DNA of 64,000 nt from an uncultured Candidatus Saccharibacteria bacterium. Lineage in GTDB: Bacteria; Patescibacteriota; CALEFQ01; G965231055. The position numbers and the translations under genes are program-made. The stretch lies in contig OZ246411.1 in NCBI GenBank assembly GCA_965231055.1, positions 473,875-537,874 on the forward strand. Reading direction: 5' to 3'. The notes under the pieces are model-generated. The model saw only the letters and a program-made list of their open reading frames with translations, was not told the DNA's origin and did not search any database. Shown one piece after another: positions 19,020 to 28,741 of the stretch (positions are counted from its first letter, which is position 1; each line of letters opens with the position of its first letter).

Positions 19020-20090
19020 ATGATCCCAGTAATAATATGTGGTGGAGTGGGTACAAAGATGTGGCCCCTGAGTAGAAAATCAAATCCCAAGCATTTTCTT
19101 CCACTTATTGGGAAGAAGTCTTTGTTTGTGCTTAATTATGAAGCGTTGAGGAAGAGGTTCAAGCCAAGTGAAATTTATATTCAAACCAATGAGCTTCAAG
19201 CCAAGATAGCTCGAGCTCAGGTTCCCGAGATACCAAAAAAGAATTATTTTATAGAGCCAGATACGAAAAACCAAGGTCCTGCAATGGGTTTTGCCATGGC
19301 AAAGCTTTTCAAATTTGCTCCTGACGAACCATTTATAATTGTTCAGGCGGATGTGGTGAGAGAGCCGTCATCAAGTTTCATAGAGATGATTAATGAAGTA
19401 GAAAAAATAGTAAAACAAAAAAAGAAATTAGTTACCGGTGGATTTAGGTCTGAAAAAGCGGTGATGGGCGTAGATTATCTGATTCGAAGCAAAGAGTCTG
19501 TGGGTATGGGAAAAGTTACGCTATATAAAATGGAAAAATGGCTCGGACGTGATTCCAAAGAAAAGGTTAATAAATATGTTTCTGAGGGTAGAGCGTATCT
19601 CCACGCAAACCATTACGCATGGACTCCTAGGCTCATGCTAGGTGCATATAAAAAGCATATGCCTTCTTGGTATAACCCGCTTTCAAAAATGATTAATGCA
19701 ATTGGAAGTGCTAATGAAGAAAAGATCATAAAAAGCGAATACTCAAAAATGCCAGAAGGACCAGCCGAAAAAGTAACCACGAATGAATTGCAAAATGGCT
19801 ATATCGCAGAGCTCAATTTCAAGTGGACTGATTTTGGCACTTGGGAATCAGTTGATAATTATGTTGAAAACAAGAAAGGATTGGATAACAACAAATCAGT
19901 GTTATCAATTGATGGTAAAAACAACTATATCATTTCCTCCAAAAACAAATTTGTAGCAACTATCGGAGTTGATGACTTGGTTGTTATTGATACTGCCGAT
20001 GCTCTTTTGATTTGCAAGAAAGACCAAAGTGGAAATGTGGGGGAGGTAGTAAAACACCTTAAAGAAAACAAAAAGCATAAGCTTATTTAG
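19020..20090 (+). CDS. Sugar-phosphate nucleotidyltransferase, mannose-1-phosphate guanylyltransferase-like
   Basis: IICGGVGTKMWPLSR nucleotidyltransferase N-terminal motif. The tracked ORF (18927) is trimmed to the ATG at 19020. Confidence 0.75.
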   Translation: MIPVIICGGVGTKMWPLSRKSNPKHFLPLIGKKSLFVLNYEALRKRFKPSEIYIQTNELQAKIARAQVPEIPKKNYFIEPDTKNQGPAMGFAMAKLFKFAPDEPFIIVQADVVREPSSSFIEMINEVEKIVKQKKKLVTGGFRSEKAVMGVDYLIRSKESVGMGKVTLYKMEKWLGRDSKEKVNKYVSEGRAYLHANHYAWTPRLMLGAYKKHMPSWYNPLSKMINAIGSANEEKIIKSEYSKMPEGPAEKVTTNELQNGYIAELNFKWTDFGTWESVDNYVENKKGLDNNKSVLSIDGKNNYIISSKNKFVATIGVDDLVVIDTADALLICKKDQSGNVGEVVKHLKENKKHKLI

Positions 20091-20142
20091 TCGATTGACA
20101 GAAGTGAAAAAACTTACTAGTTTTATATCTTGTAACTAAAAC

Positions 20143-20592
20143 ATGAGACTACCAGAAAATCTATACAGTCAGGTTCTTAGATCAATGCCAGTTGTAGCTG
20201 TTGATGGCGTTTTGTTTTCAGAAAATAAATTGCTTTTGCTAAAACGAAAGGACGATCCTTTCAAGGGGAGCTGGGTATTACCGGGGGGTATGGTAAAATA
20301 TGGTGAGACTTTGGAAGAAGCAACCACTCGGGAATTTGAAGAAGAAACAAAGATAATAGTTAGGGTTCGTTCGCTTGTGAATGTATATTCTCAACCACAT
20401 AGAGACCCGAGGGGGCATATTGTTGCCATTGCATATCTATGCGAGCCGCTTGCTGGAAATATTGCAAACAGAATAGAGGAGAATCCTGGTCTCGAACTTT
20501 TTTCGCTGGACAAACTACCGAACAACATGGGGTTTGATCATAGAAAAATAATCGAGGATGCACTTAGAGTCAAAAAAACACTCGATATTTAG
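20143..20592 (+). CDS. NUDIX hydrolase
   Basis: Nudix box GGMVKYGETLEEATTREFEEETKI. It sits immediately downstream of the ManC-like gene. Confidence 0.85.
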   Translation: MRLPENLYSQVLRSMPVVAVDGVLFSENKLLLLKRKDDPFKGSWVLPGGMVKYGETLEEATTREFEEETKIIVRVRSLVNVYSQPHRDPRGHIVAIAYLCEPLAGNIANRIEENPGLELFSLDKLPNNMGFDHRKIIEDALRVKKTLDI

Positions 20593-20617
20593 TCTAAAAT
20601 TTTATATCCAAACAAAA

Positions 20618-21622
20618 ATGCAAAAAAATAAACTTATAAAGATATTGATTTTAGTAGTCGCTGTTTTTGTAGTTGTGATATTTGTGTCACTAGAAATGAA
20701 GGCGAAGACTGCGCAGTTTCCAGATTCAAAATCAGCTGTGGAATTTGAAATAGAAAAAAATCTCGGGCTTTCGGATATAGCATCTTCGTTAGTTGAAAAA
20801 GGTGTTCTCAAAAAAAGCAATAAAAATAGTTTCGTCTATTTCATTTTGACTAGGGGAATTAAGAGTGATCTCAAGGCAGGTAAGTATAGTATCAGTCCTT
20901 CTGTGTCTCCTGCGAGCATAGCTCAAAAAATAAGCTTGGGAGACTCTATCGATGACGTAAAAATCACATTCCCAGAAGGCATTACTTCCTCTGACATGGG
21001 AGTACTTCTTGAAGAAAGGGGAGTGGTGTCATCGGATAATTTTGAAAAAGCCTTAAACAATGATTGGTCATCTGATTTTTCGTGGATAGGGGATGTAGAA
21101 AGCATTGAGGGGTTTCTTTTTCCAGATACCTATATGTTCTATCTAAACTCAGACGCCGAAAGCGTGGTAAAGAAGATACTTCAAAACTTTGAGAGTAAAA
21201 TCGTTGATGAACTTTATGTAGATAGAGGGGTCAGCGAACTTTATGATGATTTGATTTTGGCGAGTATCGTCCAAAATGAGGTTTCAAAAACAGAAGATAT
21301 GAAATTGGTAGCGAGCATATTTATCAATCGATTAGAGATAGGCAAGGCTCTTGAATCGGATGCGACTGTGAATTTCGTGACTGGAAAAAATGCTCTTCAG
21401 CCTACTTATGACGATGTTGCTATCGATTCGCCCTATAATACTTATAAAAACACGGGGCTTCCTCCTGGTCCGATAGGAAATCCAGGTATTGAAGCTATGG
21501 GAGCGGTGATAAATCCTGAAGAAAGTGATTATTTGTTTTTCTTGAGCAAGGAAGATGGCGAGACGGTTTTTAGTAAGACATACGAAGAGCATATAAAAAA
21601 CAAGGGTATATATCTAGACTAA
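20618..21622 (+). CDS. mltG: Endolytic murein transglycosylase MltG (YceG family)
   Basis: N-terminal TM segment and the YceG signature region (...GLPPGPIGNPG...). The tracked ORF is trimmed to the ATG at 20618, after the upstream stop. Confidence 0.85.
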   Translation: MQKNKLIKILILVVAVFVVVIFVSLEMKAKTAQFPDSKSAVEFEIEKNLGLSDIASSLVEKGVLKKSNKNSFVYFILTRGIKSDLKAGKYSISPSVSPASIAQKISLGDSIDDVKITFPEGITSSDMGVLLEERGVVSSDNFEKALNNDWSSDFSWIGDVESIEGFLFPDTYMFYLNSDAESVVKKILQNFESKIVDELYVDRGVSELYDDLILASIVQNEVSKTEDMKLVASIFINRLEIGKALESDATVNFVTGKNALQPTYDDVAIDSPYNTYKNTGLPPGPIGNPGIEAMGAVINPEESDYLFFLSKEDGETVFSKTYEEHIKNKGIYLD

Positions 21623-21631
21623 TTTTTAAAC

Positions 21632-22132
21632 ATGACAACAAAGATTTACAAATTTGACACTGGTTATGCTGGGGACGATTTTTGTTCCAAGAGTGATTTT
21701 ACCTTGTACCATGATCAAGGTAGTGTTTTTTCAGAAAAGTGTCAGTCAAACTTTGCTGGTTCTGATGTGAATATAGTACAACTAAAAAGGATGGAGGGTG
21801 GTGGAGCTGGTGCGCCGGATTTAATCAATTTTATCTTCACAACCTTGTTGTTATATGTAGCTATCCCAATAGCACAGGGTTTTTTTGAAACACTAGGGGC
21901 AGAGATATTGAAAGGTATAATAGCTAGTTTCCGTAGTAATAAGGGTGTATCCTCCATCATTATTGCCACAAAAGAAATAGTAATTCTTTTCCCCCCTAAT
22001 TGTTCAAAGAAGGATATTGAAGGAGCATTAAACGAAATCAATAAGTTATACCCAGTAATTCACAATTCTAAAAAAAAGTATGTATATTCAAAAGAATTCG
22101 GAAAATTAATAGAACTCGATCGGGGAAATTAG
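21632..22132 (+). CDS. Hypothetical protein
   Basis: 166-aa ORF, co-directional and tightly packed between mltG and rplJ. No recognisable motif. Confidence 0.45.
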   Translation: MTTKIYKFDTGYAGDDFCSKSDFTLYHDQGSVFSEKCQSNFAGSDVNIVQLKRMEGGGAGAPDLINFIFTTLLLYVAIPIAQGFFETLGAEILKGIIASFRSNKGVSSIIIATKEIVILFPPNCSKKDIEGALNEINKLYPVIHNSKKKYVYSKEFGKLIELDRGN

Positions 22133-22139
22133 ATTTGAC

Positions 22140-22296
22140 AAATAAATCTGGTAGGGTATACTATCAAACATAATATTTCCACAGACCGTAGGTTTGGCCC
22201 TAAAAGTCAAATAAATCCTGCGCAGGAAATTAAAACAGCCTTTTTGGCTATTTTAGTTAATCTGTGGAAATCCCACAGTTTTTTATTTAATTTTTA
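22140..22296 (+). promoter_or_regulatory. Putative rplJ (L10) leader region
   Basis: A roughly 150-nt untranslated region upstream of rplJ contains paired segments (CCACAGACCGTAGGTTTGGCCC ... CTGTGGAAATCCCACAG). In other bacteria the L10(L12)4 complex autoregulates through such a leader. The assignment is positional. Confidence 0.4.
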
Positions 22297-22308
22297 ATGT
22301 TTTCACCC

Positions 22309-22830
22309 ATGGCAGTATCACGAAATAAAAAAGAAGAAGTACTCAAAAAAGTAATAGAAGAATTTAAATCAAGTAAGGCAGTTGTTTTTAGTAACTACAA
22401 AGGGCTTTCAGTTTCTGACATGGATAAGCTAAGAAAAGAGCTAAGAGAAGCCAAGTCAAACTACATTATTGCAAAGAAAACTATTATAAAGCTTGCTTTG
22501 GATAATGCTGGTATAAAAGTTGAACTTCCTAAATTTGATGGTCCAGTTGGAGTGGCATTTGCAAGAGAAGATGAAACAGCTCCAGCTAGAATAATCTATA
22601 ATTTCGGAAAAGAACACAAAGCGCTAACGATTTACGCAGGAATGCTCGGAAACGAAGCAATTGCAAATACCAAAGTAGAAGAGCTAGCAAAACTTCCAAA
22701 CAAGGAACAAATGCTAGGAAAATTGGTCGCTACTATAAATGCTCCAGTTTCAGGGTTCGTAAATGTGCTTGCTGGAAATCTTAGAGGACTTGTCCAGGTT
22801 CTAAAAGGCGTAGCTGATTCTAAAAAGTAA
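22309..22830 (+). CDS. rplJ: 50S ribosomal protein uL10
   Basis: MAVSRNKKEEVLKKV...VVFSNYKGLSVSDMDKLRKELRE. The start is trimmed to the ATG at 22309. Confidence 0.9.
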   Translation: MAVSRNKKEEVLKKVIEEFKSSKAVVFSNYKGLSVSDMDKLRKELREAKSNYIIAKKTIIKLALDNAGIKVELPKFDGPVGVAFAREDETAPARIIYNFGKEHKALTIYAGMLGNEAIANTKVEELAKLPNKEQMLGKLVATINAPVSGFVNVLAGNLRGLVQVLKGVADSKK

Positions 22831-22855
22831 TTTATTTAAATATTAATCAAAACAT

Positions 22856-23290
22856 ATGGCAGATGATAAAAAAGAAGCCCCAAAGGCTGAAGCCAAGAAA
22901 GAGGTTGAAGTTCCAGCCAAATTCAAGGCTATCGTAGAGGAAGTAGAAAAGATGAGCGTTCTTGATCTCTCAGAACTTGTAAAAGTTCTTGAAGACAAAT
23001 TTGGTGTCTCGGCTTCAGCTCCAGTAGCTATGGCCGCTATGCCAGGTGCCGCAGGTGGTGCCGCACAAGCTGAAGAGAAGACTGAGTTCACATTAGAGCT
23101 CAAAGCAGCTGGTGATAAGAAAATTCAAGTTATCAAGGTCGTAAGAGAAATCACCGGAAAAGGACTAAAGGAAGCCAAAGACATGGTTGACGGAGCTCCA
23201 AAGGTTCTAAAGGAAAATGTAGCGAAAACTGAAGCAGAAGAGCTAAAGAAAAAGCTTGAAGCAGCTGGTGCTACAGTAGAACTCAAATAA
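22856..23290 (+). CDS. rplL: 50S ribosomal protein bL12 (L7/L12)
   Basis: Ala-rich hinge and the conserved C-terminal domain ([56 protein letters not shown]). Confidence 0.93.
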   Translation: MADDKKEAPKAEAKKEVEVPAKFKAIVEEVEKMSVLDLSELVKVLEDKFGVSASAPVAMAAMPGAAGGAAQAEEKTEFTLELKAAGDKKIQVIKVVREITGKGLKEAKDMVDGAPKVLKENVAKTEAEELKKKLEAAGATVELK

Positions 23291-23307
23291 TATCAAATAT
23301 TATTCAA

Positions 23308-23336
23308 AAGCCTCGGGATTGTCCCGGGGCTTTTTC
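23308..23336 (+). terminator. Rho-independent terminator after rplL
   Basis: Hairpin CCTCGGG-ATTGT-CCCGGGG followed by a T-tract. Confidence 0.7.
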
Positions 23337-23494
23337 AATTACAAAGCTGATTATCATTTTGACAAATCGATTCATTTTTTGTAGTGTGAATTTGTTCATT
23401 GAAAACAAGGTCCTCGTAAACTAAACACGCTGCTTGTTAAGCCAAGAAAGGGCCTTAACGGGTGGCATTTCGCTTGTCAACCAGGGGTTGATGG

Positions 23495-24088
23495 GTGAGG
23501 AGAAGAGTAATGCATATGGATGATTATCAAAGTCCCACGCATAGGCAAATGTCAGAGTTCTATCGTCAAGTGGAGCAAAGGCGGATTTGCAGGGAAACCT
23601 TGCAGCTTTTTCTCGATGATCCAGACAGGGTGCTTACTCTTTGGGATGATCCGAGATTGATCACAGGGATTTCTCATGAAAGCATGGGGGAAGTAAGAAA
23701 GGATTCTTCTTTTTCTGAGATCAATATCTGGTCAAGTCTAGATCGCTTGTCATTTCTGAATTTACCGATCCCCTCGAGTCTTAATGTGCAAGTTAGGACG
23801 AGTCGTTTTCAGCAGGATCACGCCCGTTTTGAAATGCCCGCTTCGGCAGATCGTCTTGTGCGTCTGGCTCTGTCGCTCAGGAACACCAAGATTCATCGCA
23901 AAATTGTCGCCATGCATCCTTCAACGATGGTTAAAAATGCCAACAACTATCCAGATCCAGTAGAGAACTATGATGTGGCTTGTTTGGATGTATCCAATAG
24001 CGGGCGACCGAGAATTTACGGTATTCCACTCGTTTCTATTGTGGGAAATCCGCGACAGTTTTTGTATCTTATCATGTCACCAGCCTAG
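23495..24088 (+). CDS. Hypothetical protein encoded by a compositionally atypical, GC-richer, Arg/Asp-rich ORF
   Basis: The 197-codon frame is open, which is unlikely by chance at this GC content. Codon and amino-acid usage differ from the Lys-rich neighbours. A strong terminator follows. No motif recognised. Confidence 0.45.
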   Translation: MRRRVMHMDDYQSPTHRQMSEFYRQVEQRRICRETLQLFLDDPDRVLTLWDDPRLITGISHESMGEVRKDSSFSEINIWSSLDRLSFLNLPIPSSLNVQVRTSRFQQDHARFEMPASADRLVRLALSLRNTKIHRKIVAMHPSTMVKNANNYPDPVENYDVACLDVSNSGRPRIYGIPLVSIVGNPRQFLYLIMSPA

Positions 24089-24112
24089 TCGTTGTACTTT
24101 TGAACAAAACGA

Positions 24113-24147
24113 AATCCCAGGTCAGAGGACCGCCTGGGATTTTTTAT
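24113..24147 (+). terminator. Rho-independent terminator
   Basis: Hairpin ATCCCAGG-TCAGAGGACCG-CCTGGGAT followed by TTTTTT. Confidence 0.7.
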
Positions 24148-24189
24148 TTGAATCATTTGATGTTGAATGCTGACAGCTAAATACTTTTT

Positions 24190-26397
24190 CTATAAATCAA
24201 AGCTTCTTATTTCAGTATCTGTGAGCAGGTATATTGTTTTTGCACTTTCATCTACAAACATTGATTTTACTCCATCCTCGTTCCATTTGTAGCTGTTTTT
24301 GAAGTTTCCTGATTTATCTATGGCTACTATGCTTTTGGTCTCGGTAGATAATAGGTAGATGAGGTTGCTATTTTCTGATGTTTGAATTTCAGTATATTTG
24401 TCTCCACTTGGCATGTCTTTGGTATCAAATTTTTCTTCTTCACCTCTCATAAACTTCACTATGCTATTGTCAGACTTGAGTACGTAGATTGCTCCGTCTA
24501 TGGCGAAATCAATGGCATTATCAAGTGATGTGTCTGTGTTCTTTAACCATCTTTCTCCCTCACTGTATCCGAGCTCACCTTTGACGAACATATATACCAT
24601 GTCCTTGCTTGGCATGAGGCCGTAGATTTTTTCGCCATAGCTTCCTATCGCGGAAAGATTTACAAAAGAATTGTCTGAAAATTCACTCTTGATGGATTTA
24701 AATCCTTCTGTGCTATTCTGAATCAAGCTTGGTGTAGAGGTAAGTCCTATTATGCTATCTCCCATAATCCCAAGGAGTAGTGGAGTGGCTTTTTGGGGAA
24801 TACTTAGAACTCTTCCTTTTTCTGAGCTAGTAGAATATTCAATTATTGAATTGTCTGCGGAATTTATAGCATACAATTCGCTTCCAATCTTTTTGATATG
24901 GTTTGCGTTGATATCATTTCCTGCGAAATCTTTTAGGTTAGAAACTGTTTCTAGTGTCACCGTGGACTTGTTTGAGGATCTATCTAGTCCATCTTTTATA
25001 TCTGCAAGCAAGCTTTTGGCGTTTTCGTTGTTTGGATCTTTGCTGAGCACATTGTTCGCTTTTTCCTCAGCTTCGGAAAAATACTTTAGGGCCTCATTCT
25101 TTTTGCCAAAAACCAATTCGGCATTACCCTTATTATTCAACTCTTCAACTTCTTTTAATATGGCTGGGATATCTGTGTTTTCAACTTTTTGTTCTTTGCT
25201 TCTAGCTATTGCTACGGAAATGCTGATTATGAGAATTATAGCAAGTACCACGGCAGCCACTAAAAACAGTCTGCTAGATTTTTTTAATCCCATAAACCAA
25301 TTAAATAGGGGAGATATAACTTTGCTTTTGAGTTTATCGTATGTTGAAATCATTATTTTTTTAAATCCTCCCTGCGATCTTCTTTTTGCTGCCAAATCCT
25401 CGTGTGACGGTTCAGTTTTTTCTACTGGACTTGATTGTTTTTTTGGTATTTTGGACAAGATGGCTGAAAAAGCTCGTTTAGATTTTTCTGAGGTTTTCTT
25501 TCCAAAAGCAATTATTCCTTCTTTTGTCTGTGAGGAAAATATCTTTCCAGGAAGGGATTTGATTTTGGCAACTGTTTCTGTTTTGTGTTCAGGCTCCTTG
25601 ATTTCTGGCATCGGTGCTGCTTCATCTAGAATACTTGGTTCTTCGGATACTGGCTTTATTTCTTCTGATAGTTCTGGATCTATCGTCGGTGGTACTGGAG
25701 TCGCTTGCTCTTCTTCGTCTTCTTGACCGAGTGATATGAATAAAGAGGCAACATTGGTCTCTTCCTTGTAGGAAGATAGGATTTCAGTAAATGACTCTAC
25801 TGCTTTTTTAGCACTCATATTCTCAAAAGTACGAAGGATTTTTTCAGAAGAGAGGTATTCGGTTAGTGCTGGTGTTGTTACAATTATCTTGTCGTCATTA
25901 TAAAGTCTGCCACTCGCTACATTTGTAAATGTTTTTAGTGGGTTTTCTCTTTCTGCATCTGTGGGGAAGTGCTTGGCCTTGATACTTGCTATTTCTCCGC
26001 TTCTAACGAGGTAGGCATTTGCTTTTCCAGTAGTTGCGACATGTAGCTCGTTTTCGCTTATTACAGCTATTGTGGCATTGAGTTTACCTATCCATGAGGT
26101 GATGCCATTTTCAGCTAGCTCCGAAAGTGTTTCGTTTACTTTTTTAAGACTTGCCTCGAAGTTTTTTAGTATAGTATCTTCGCTGTTTTGATAGTACTCG
26201 TACTGCATTAGTTCTGCGATGCCGTTTACTATCTGTGAAGCGTGTTTTCCGGGCTTCGCAATCTCAGCTACGATAAGGAGAATGCCGAGTTTTTTCTCTC
26301 TTGTAGTCTCTGGTTCAAATATAAAAGTATCAGCAAATCCGTTTCTCTGATCCTCTGATATTAGAATAAGCTCTCTTATTGTTGATGGAATATACAT
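24190..26397 (-). CDS. Large single-TM membrane protein with an N-terminal PP2C-like, possibly catalytically degenerate, domain and a C-terminal repeat region
   Basis: The N-terminal 230 aa follow PP2C/SpoIIE-like topology (ISEDQRNGFADTF..., LNATIAVISENELHVATTGKANAYLVRSGEI). The canonical metal-binding Asp residues are not evident. A central TM helix (LFLVAAVVLAIILIISISVAIA) is present. Confidence 0.5.
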   Translation of the reverse strand: MYIPSTIRELILISEDQRNGFADTFIFEPETTREKKLGILLIVAEIAKPGKHASQIVNGIAELMQYEYYQNSEDTILKNFEASLKKVNETLSELAENGITSWIGKLNATIAVISENELHVATTGKANAYLVRSGEIASIKAKHFPTDAERENPLKTFTNVASGRLYNDDKIIVTTPALTEYLSSEKILRTFENMSAKKAVESFTEILSSYKEETNVASLFISLGQEDEEEQATPVPPTIDPELSEEIKPVSEEPSILDEAAPMPEIKEPEHKTETVAKIKSLPGKIFSSQTKEGIIAFGKKTSEKSKRAFSAILSKIPKKQSSPVEKTEPSHEDLAAKRRSQGGFKKIMISTYDKLKSKVISPLFNWFMGLKKSSRLFLVAAVVLAIILIISISVAIARSKEQKVENTDIPAILKEVEELNNKGNAELVFGKKNEALKYFSEAEEKANNVLSKDPNNENAKSLLADIKDGLDRSSNKSTVTLETVSNLKDFAGNDINANHIKKIGSELYAINSADNSIIEYSTSSEKGRVLSIPQKATPLLLGIMGDSIIGLTSTPSLIQNSTEGFKSIKSEFSDNSFVNLSAIGSYGEKIYGLMPSKDMVYMFVKGELGYSEGERWLKNTDTSLDNAIDFAIDGAIYVLKSDNSIVKFMRGEEEKFDTKDMPSGDKYTEIQTSENSNLIYLLSTETKSIVAIDKSGNFKNSYKWNEDGVKSMFVDESAKTIYLLTDTEIRSFDL

Positions 26398-26571
26398 TGT
26401 GTTATTTTAAAATAAACTAAAATGCAATAAACTCTGCTATTAGTCAAATACTGATTACCTACCTATTATAAAAAGGATTGGCCTTATTGGCAAGGTTTTT
26501 GCACACAACATTTCACTTGCAAAATTCTTGGTAGCTGGTAGAATAACTGAATTAAATTTGTGTTCACAACA

Positions 26572-27153
26572 ATGGCAAAGCAAAATATACTCGAACAACT
26601 TTTTAGTTCAAAGACCAGGGTAAAACTATTGACCTTGTTTTTGTTAAACACTGATAAGTCATACTTTGTTAGAGAGATAACTAGGATGCTAAAAGAACAG
26701 CTCAACTCAGTGAGGCGAGAATTGGACAAGCTTGAGGGAATGGGATTGATCAAAAGTGAAGTGGTAAAGCAAAAAAAATTCTACAGCATAGATTCTGACT
26801 TTGAGTACCTAAAGGAATTTAGAAATTTCATATTAAAAGCAGGCGAAGTGATACAGGGAGCGGTGGGTGATAGGATGAGACCAATTACCGGAATAAAGCT
26901 CGTAGTTCTTGTGGGAGTTTTCTGCGACAGAAAGAGTGATGAGACAGATATGCTCATAGTCGGTAAAGTAAATAAAAACAGATTGGTGAAACTGATAAAA
27001 GATATTGAAGATGAGCTTGGCAGAGAGGTGAGATATTCTCTTCTTGAGCCGGAGGAGTATGGATTTAGACTAAATATGGGAGATCAGTTTTTGCTTTCAG
27101 TATTGAACAATCCAGAAAAAATAGTACTCATTGATAGGATAAAATCTGAATAA
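26572..27153 (+). CDS. Putative winged-helix transcriptional regulator
   Basis: N-terminal HTH-like region (ILEQLFSSKTRVKLLTLFLLNTDKSYFVREITRMLKEQLNSVRRELDKLEGMGLI). The tracked ORF is trimmed to the ATG at 26572. Confidence 0.5.
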   Translation: MAKQNILEQLFSSKTRVKLLTLFLLNTDKSYFVREITRMLKEQLNSVRRELDKLEGMGLIKSEVVKQKKFYSIDSDFEYLKEFRNFILKAGEVIQGAVGDRMRPITGIKLVVLVGVFCDRKSDETDMLIVGKVNKNRLVKLIKDIEDELGREVRYSLLEPEEYGFRLNMGDQFLLSVLNNPEKIVLIDRIKSE

Positions 27154-27164
27154 ATATAAAATCA

Positions 27165-27193
27165 ACAAAAAACGGGCTCGCGCCCGTTTTTTT
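27165..27193. terminator. Bidirectional rho-independent terminator between convergent genes
   Basis: AAAAAACGGGCTCGCGCCCGTTTTTTT: a GC hairpin flanked by an A-tract and a T-tract. Confidence 0.75.
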
Positions 27194-27206
27194 AGTATGC
27201 TTAGGT

Positions 27207-28589
27207 TTAAACGCTTAGTTTTAGTTCTAGTTTCACGATGCATTCTAGCTGAGATGTTTGAGGAAACATATCTATTGGCTGTATTTCTTTGATTTCAAAA
27301 TTATTTAGTTTTAGTATCTTCAAATCTCTCGCTAGCGTTATGGGATTACACGAGACGTAGATGAGTCTAGGTGTGAAGATGTTGATGAGTTTTTGCATTG
27401 CTTGCTTTGAGAGCCCAGCCCTGGGTGGATCAACTATGGTTATATTTGGATATATGTTTTGTCGTGCGAGGTCTGAAGCTGAACTCAGGGCGTCGCCTTT
27501 GATAAAGGAGATGTTGTCGCATGCGTTCATCTTTGCATTTTGTCTTGCGTCCGCTATGCTTTCTCTTTCTTCTTCTATTGAATACACTTTTCTTGCAAAT
27601 TTTGAAAGCATGATTGCCATCGTACCAGTTCCTGAATAAAGATCGAAAACAATTTCGTTGTCTTGCACGTTGGCCATCTCTATTACTTTATTGAAAAGCT
27701 TCTCAGCTTGTTTTGTATTGGTCTGAAAAAATGAAGTAGGGGATATATTGAACCTGTGGGTTACGATTTTTTCTGTTTTTCCTGAGTTTATATATTCTCT
27801 TATAAACTTTCTTCCGTAAATTAGTTTTTGCTTTACGATCTCGTTTTGTCCTCCTTTTGCCTCTGCCAAGTAAAAACTTCTCATTCTGCCATATTTCTTA
27901 ACTAGTTTTTCGGTTAATTGCTTTAGCATCTTTTCTGGCATTGGATTGGCTATCACAAGTATTACCATAAATTCATTATTGTTTTTGCTTTCCCTTATTG
28001 TTATGAACTTTAGTATTCCTTCGGGATTAGTTTTGCTAAAGACTGAAAGGCTATTTTTGTTTGCGAAATCGCAAATATAATTGCAGAAAGAATTTGATCT
28101 TTTTGACATGAGAAGGCATTCGGTAATGGGGACATTTGAATCGCTAGAAAAGGGTGAGTGTCTGGAGATTGAGATCTTTCCTCCGATGTCTTTAAATGAG
28201 TGTCTGATTTTATTTCTATGCCAAAGTGTTTCTTCGGATGGAATTATCTCATTGATTTGGTCGGGCTCTATATCTGCTTTTTCTTTCAAAATTTTGACTA
28301 GATTTTCTTGTTTGTATTTAAGCTGAAGTGAGTAGGGTATGTGTTGAAGCTCGCAACCTCCACATTTTTCAAAAAATGGACATGGAGCTTTGGTTCTTTT
28401 TTCGGAAGGTTTTATCAGATTAAAGCTTTTCACGATAAATACATTGGGATTCTTTTCTTCGCTATTCGCTATTTCTATTTCGTCATTTGGTACGGTTTTG
28501 GGGACTATAAAAACCTTTCCGTCTTTTTTGGCGATTCCTAGTCCATTCATATTTAGCTCTGTGATTGTTACTTTTTCCATATAATACAA
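27207..28589 (-). CDS. 23S rRNA (uracil-C5)-methyltransferase, RlmD/RumA family
   Basis: TRAM-like N-terminus, iron-sulfur cluster motif CPFFEKCGGCELQH, and a SAM-MTase motif VFDLYSGTGTMAI. Confidence 0.82.
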   Translation of the reverse strand: MYYMEKVTITELNMNGLGIAKKDGKVFIVPKTVPNDEIEIANSEEKNPNVFIVKSFNLIKPSEKRTKAPCPFFEKCGGCELQHIPYSLQLKYKQENLVKILKEKADIEPDQINEIIPSEETLWHRNKIRHSFKDIGGKISISRHSPFSSDSNVPITECLLMSKRSNSFCNYICDFANKNSLSVFSKTNPEGILKFITIRESKNNNEFMVILVIANPMPEKMLKQLTEKLVKKYGRMRSFYLAEAKGGQNEIVKQKLIYGRKFIREYINSGKTEKIVTHRFNISPTSFFQTNTKQAEKLFNKVIEMANVQDNEIVFDLYSGTGTMAIMLSKFARKVYSIEEERESIADARQNAKMNACDNISFIKGDALSSASDLARQNIYPNITIVDPPRAGLSKQAMQKLINIFTPRLIYVSCNPITLARDLKILKLNNFEIKEIQPIDMFPQTSQLECIVKLELKLSV

Positions 28590-28741
28590 TCTAACCCGTT
28601 ATTGACTTTTTGACAAATCAAAAGCGAGCGTTGTGTTTATAGTGAATCTGGAAAGTACATTTGATATTGACAATATTTGAGTACGGTGGCAGTTTTAAAA
28701 CAATAAGTGCTCTTTGAAATCTTATCCATGGGGAGGTTTTT

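Noticed and set aside
23341-24160. Possibility that the GC-rich region after rplL is a structured RNA (tmRNA, RNase P RNA, SRP RNA or 6S RNA)
   Set aside because: There is no tRNA-like 3' end (GGTTCGA...CCACCA). There is no GGAAAGTCCGG P4 strand and no ACAGAAxCCGGCTTA strand for RNase P RNA. There is no SRP domain-IV motif. The uninterrupted 197-codon frame instead favours protein coding. It is kept only as a finding.
24752-25726. Tracked 324-aa ORF on the plus strand, plus other antisense ORFs inside large genes (for example 3661..4104, 6988..7296, 16683..17378, 48152..48562, 61824..62162)
   Set aside because: They lie entirely antisense to strongly supported genes and have low-complexity, Ser/Leu/Phe-rich translations typical of shadow ORFs.
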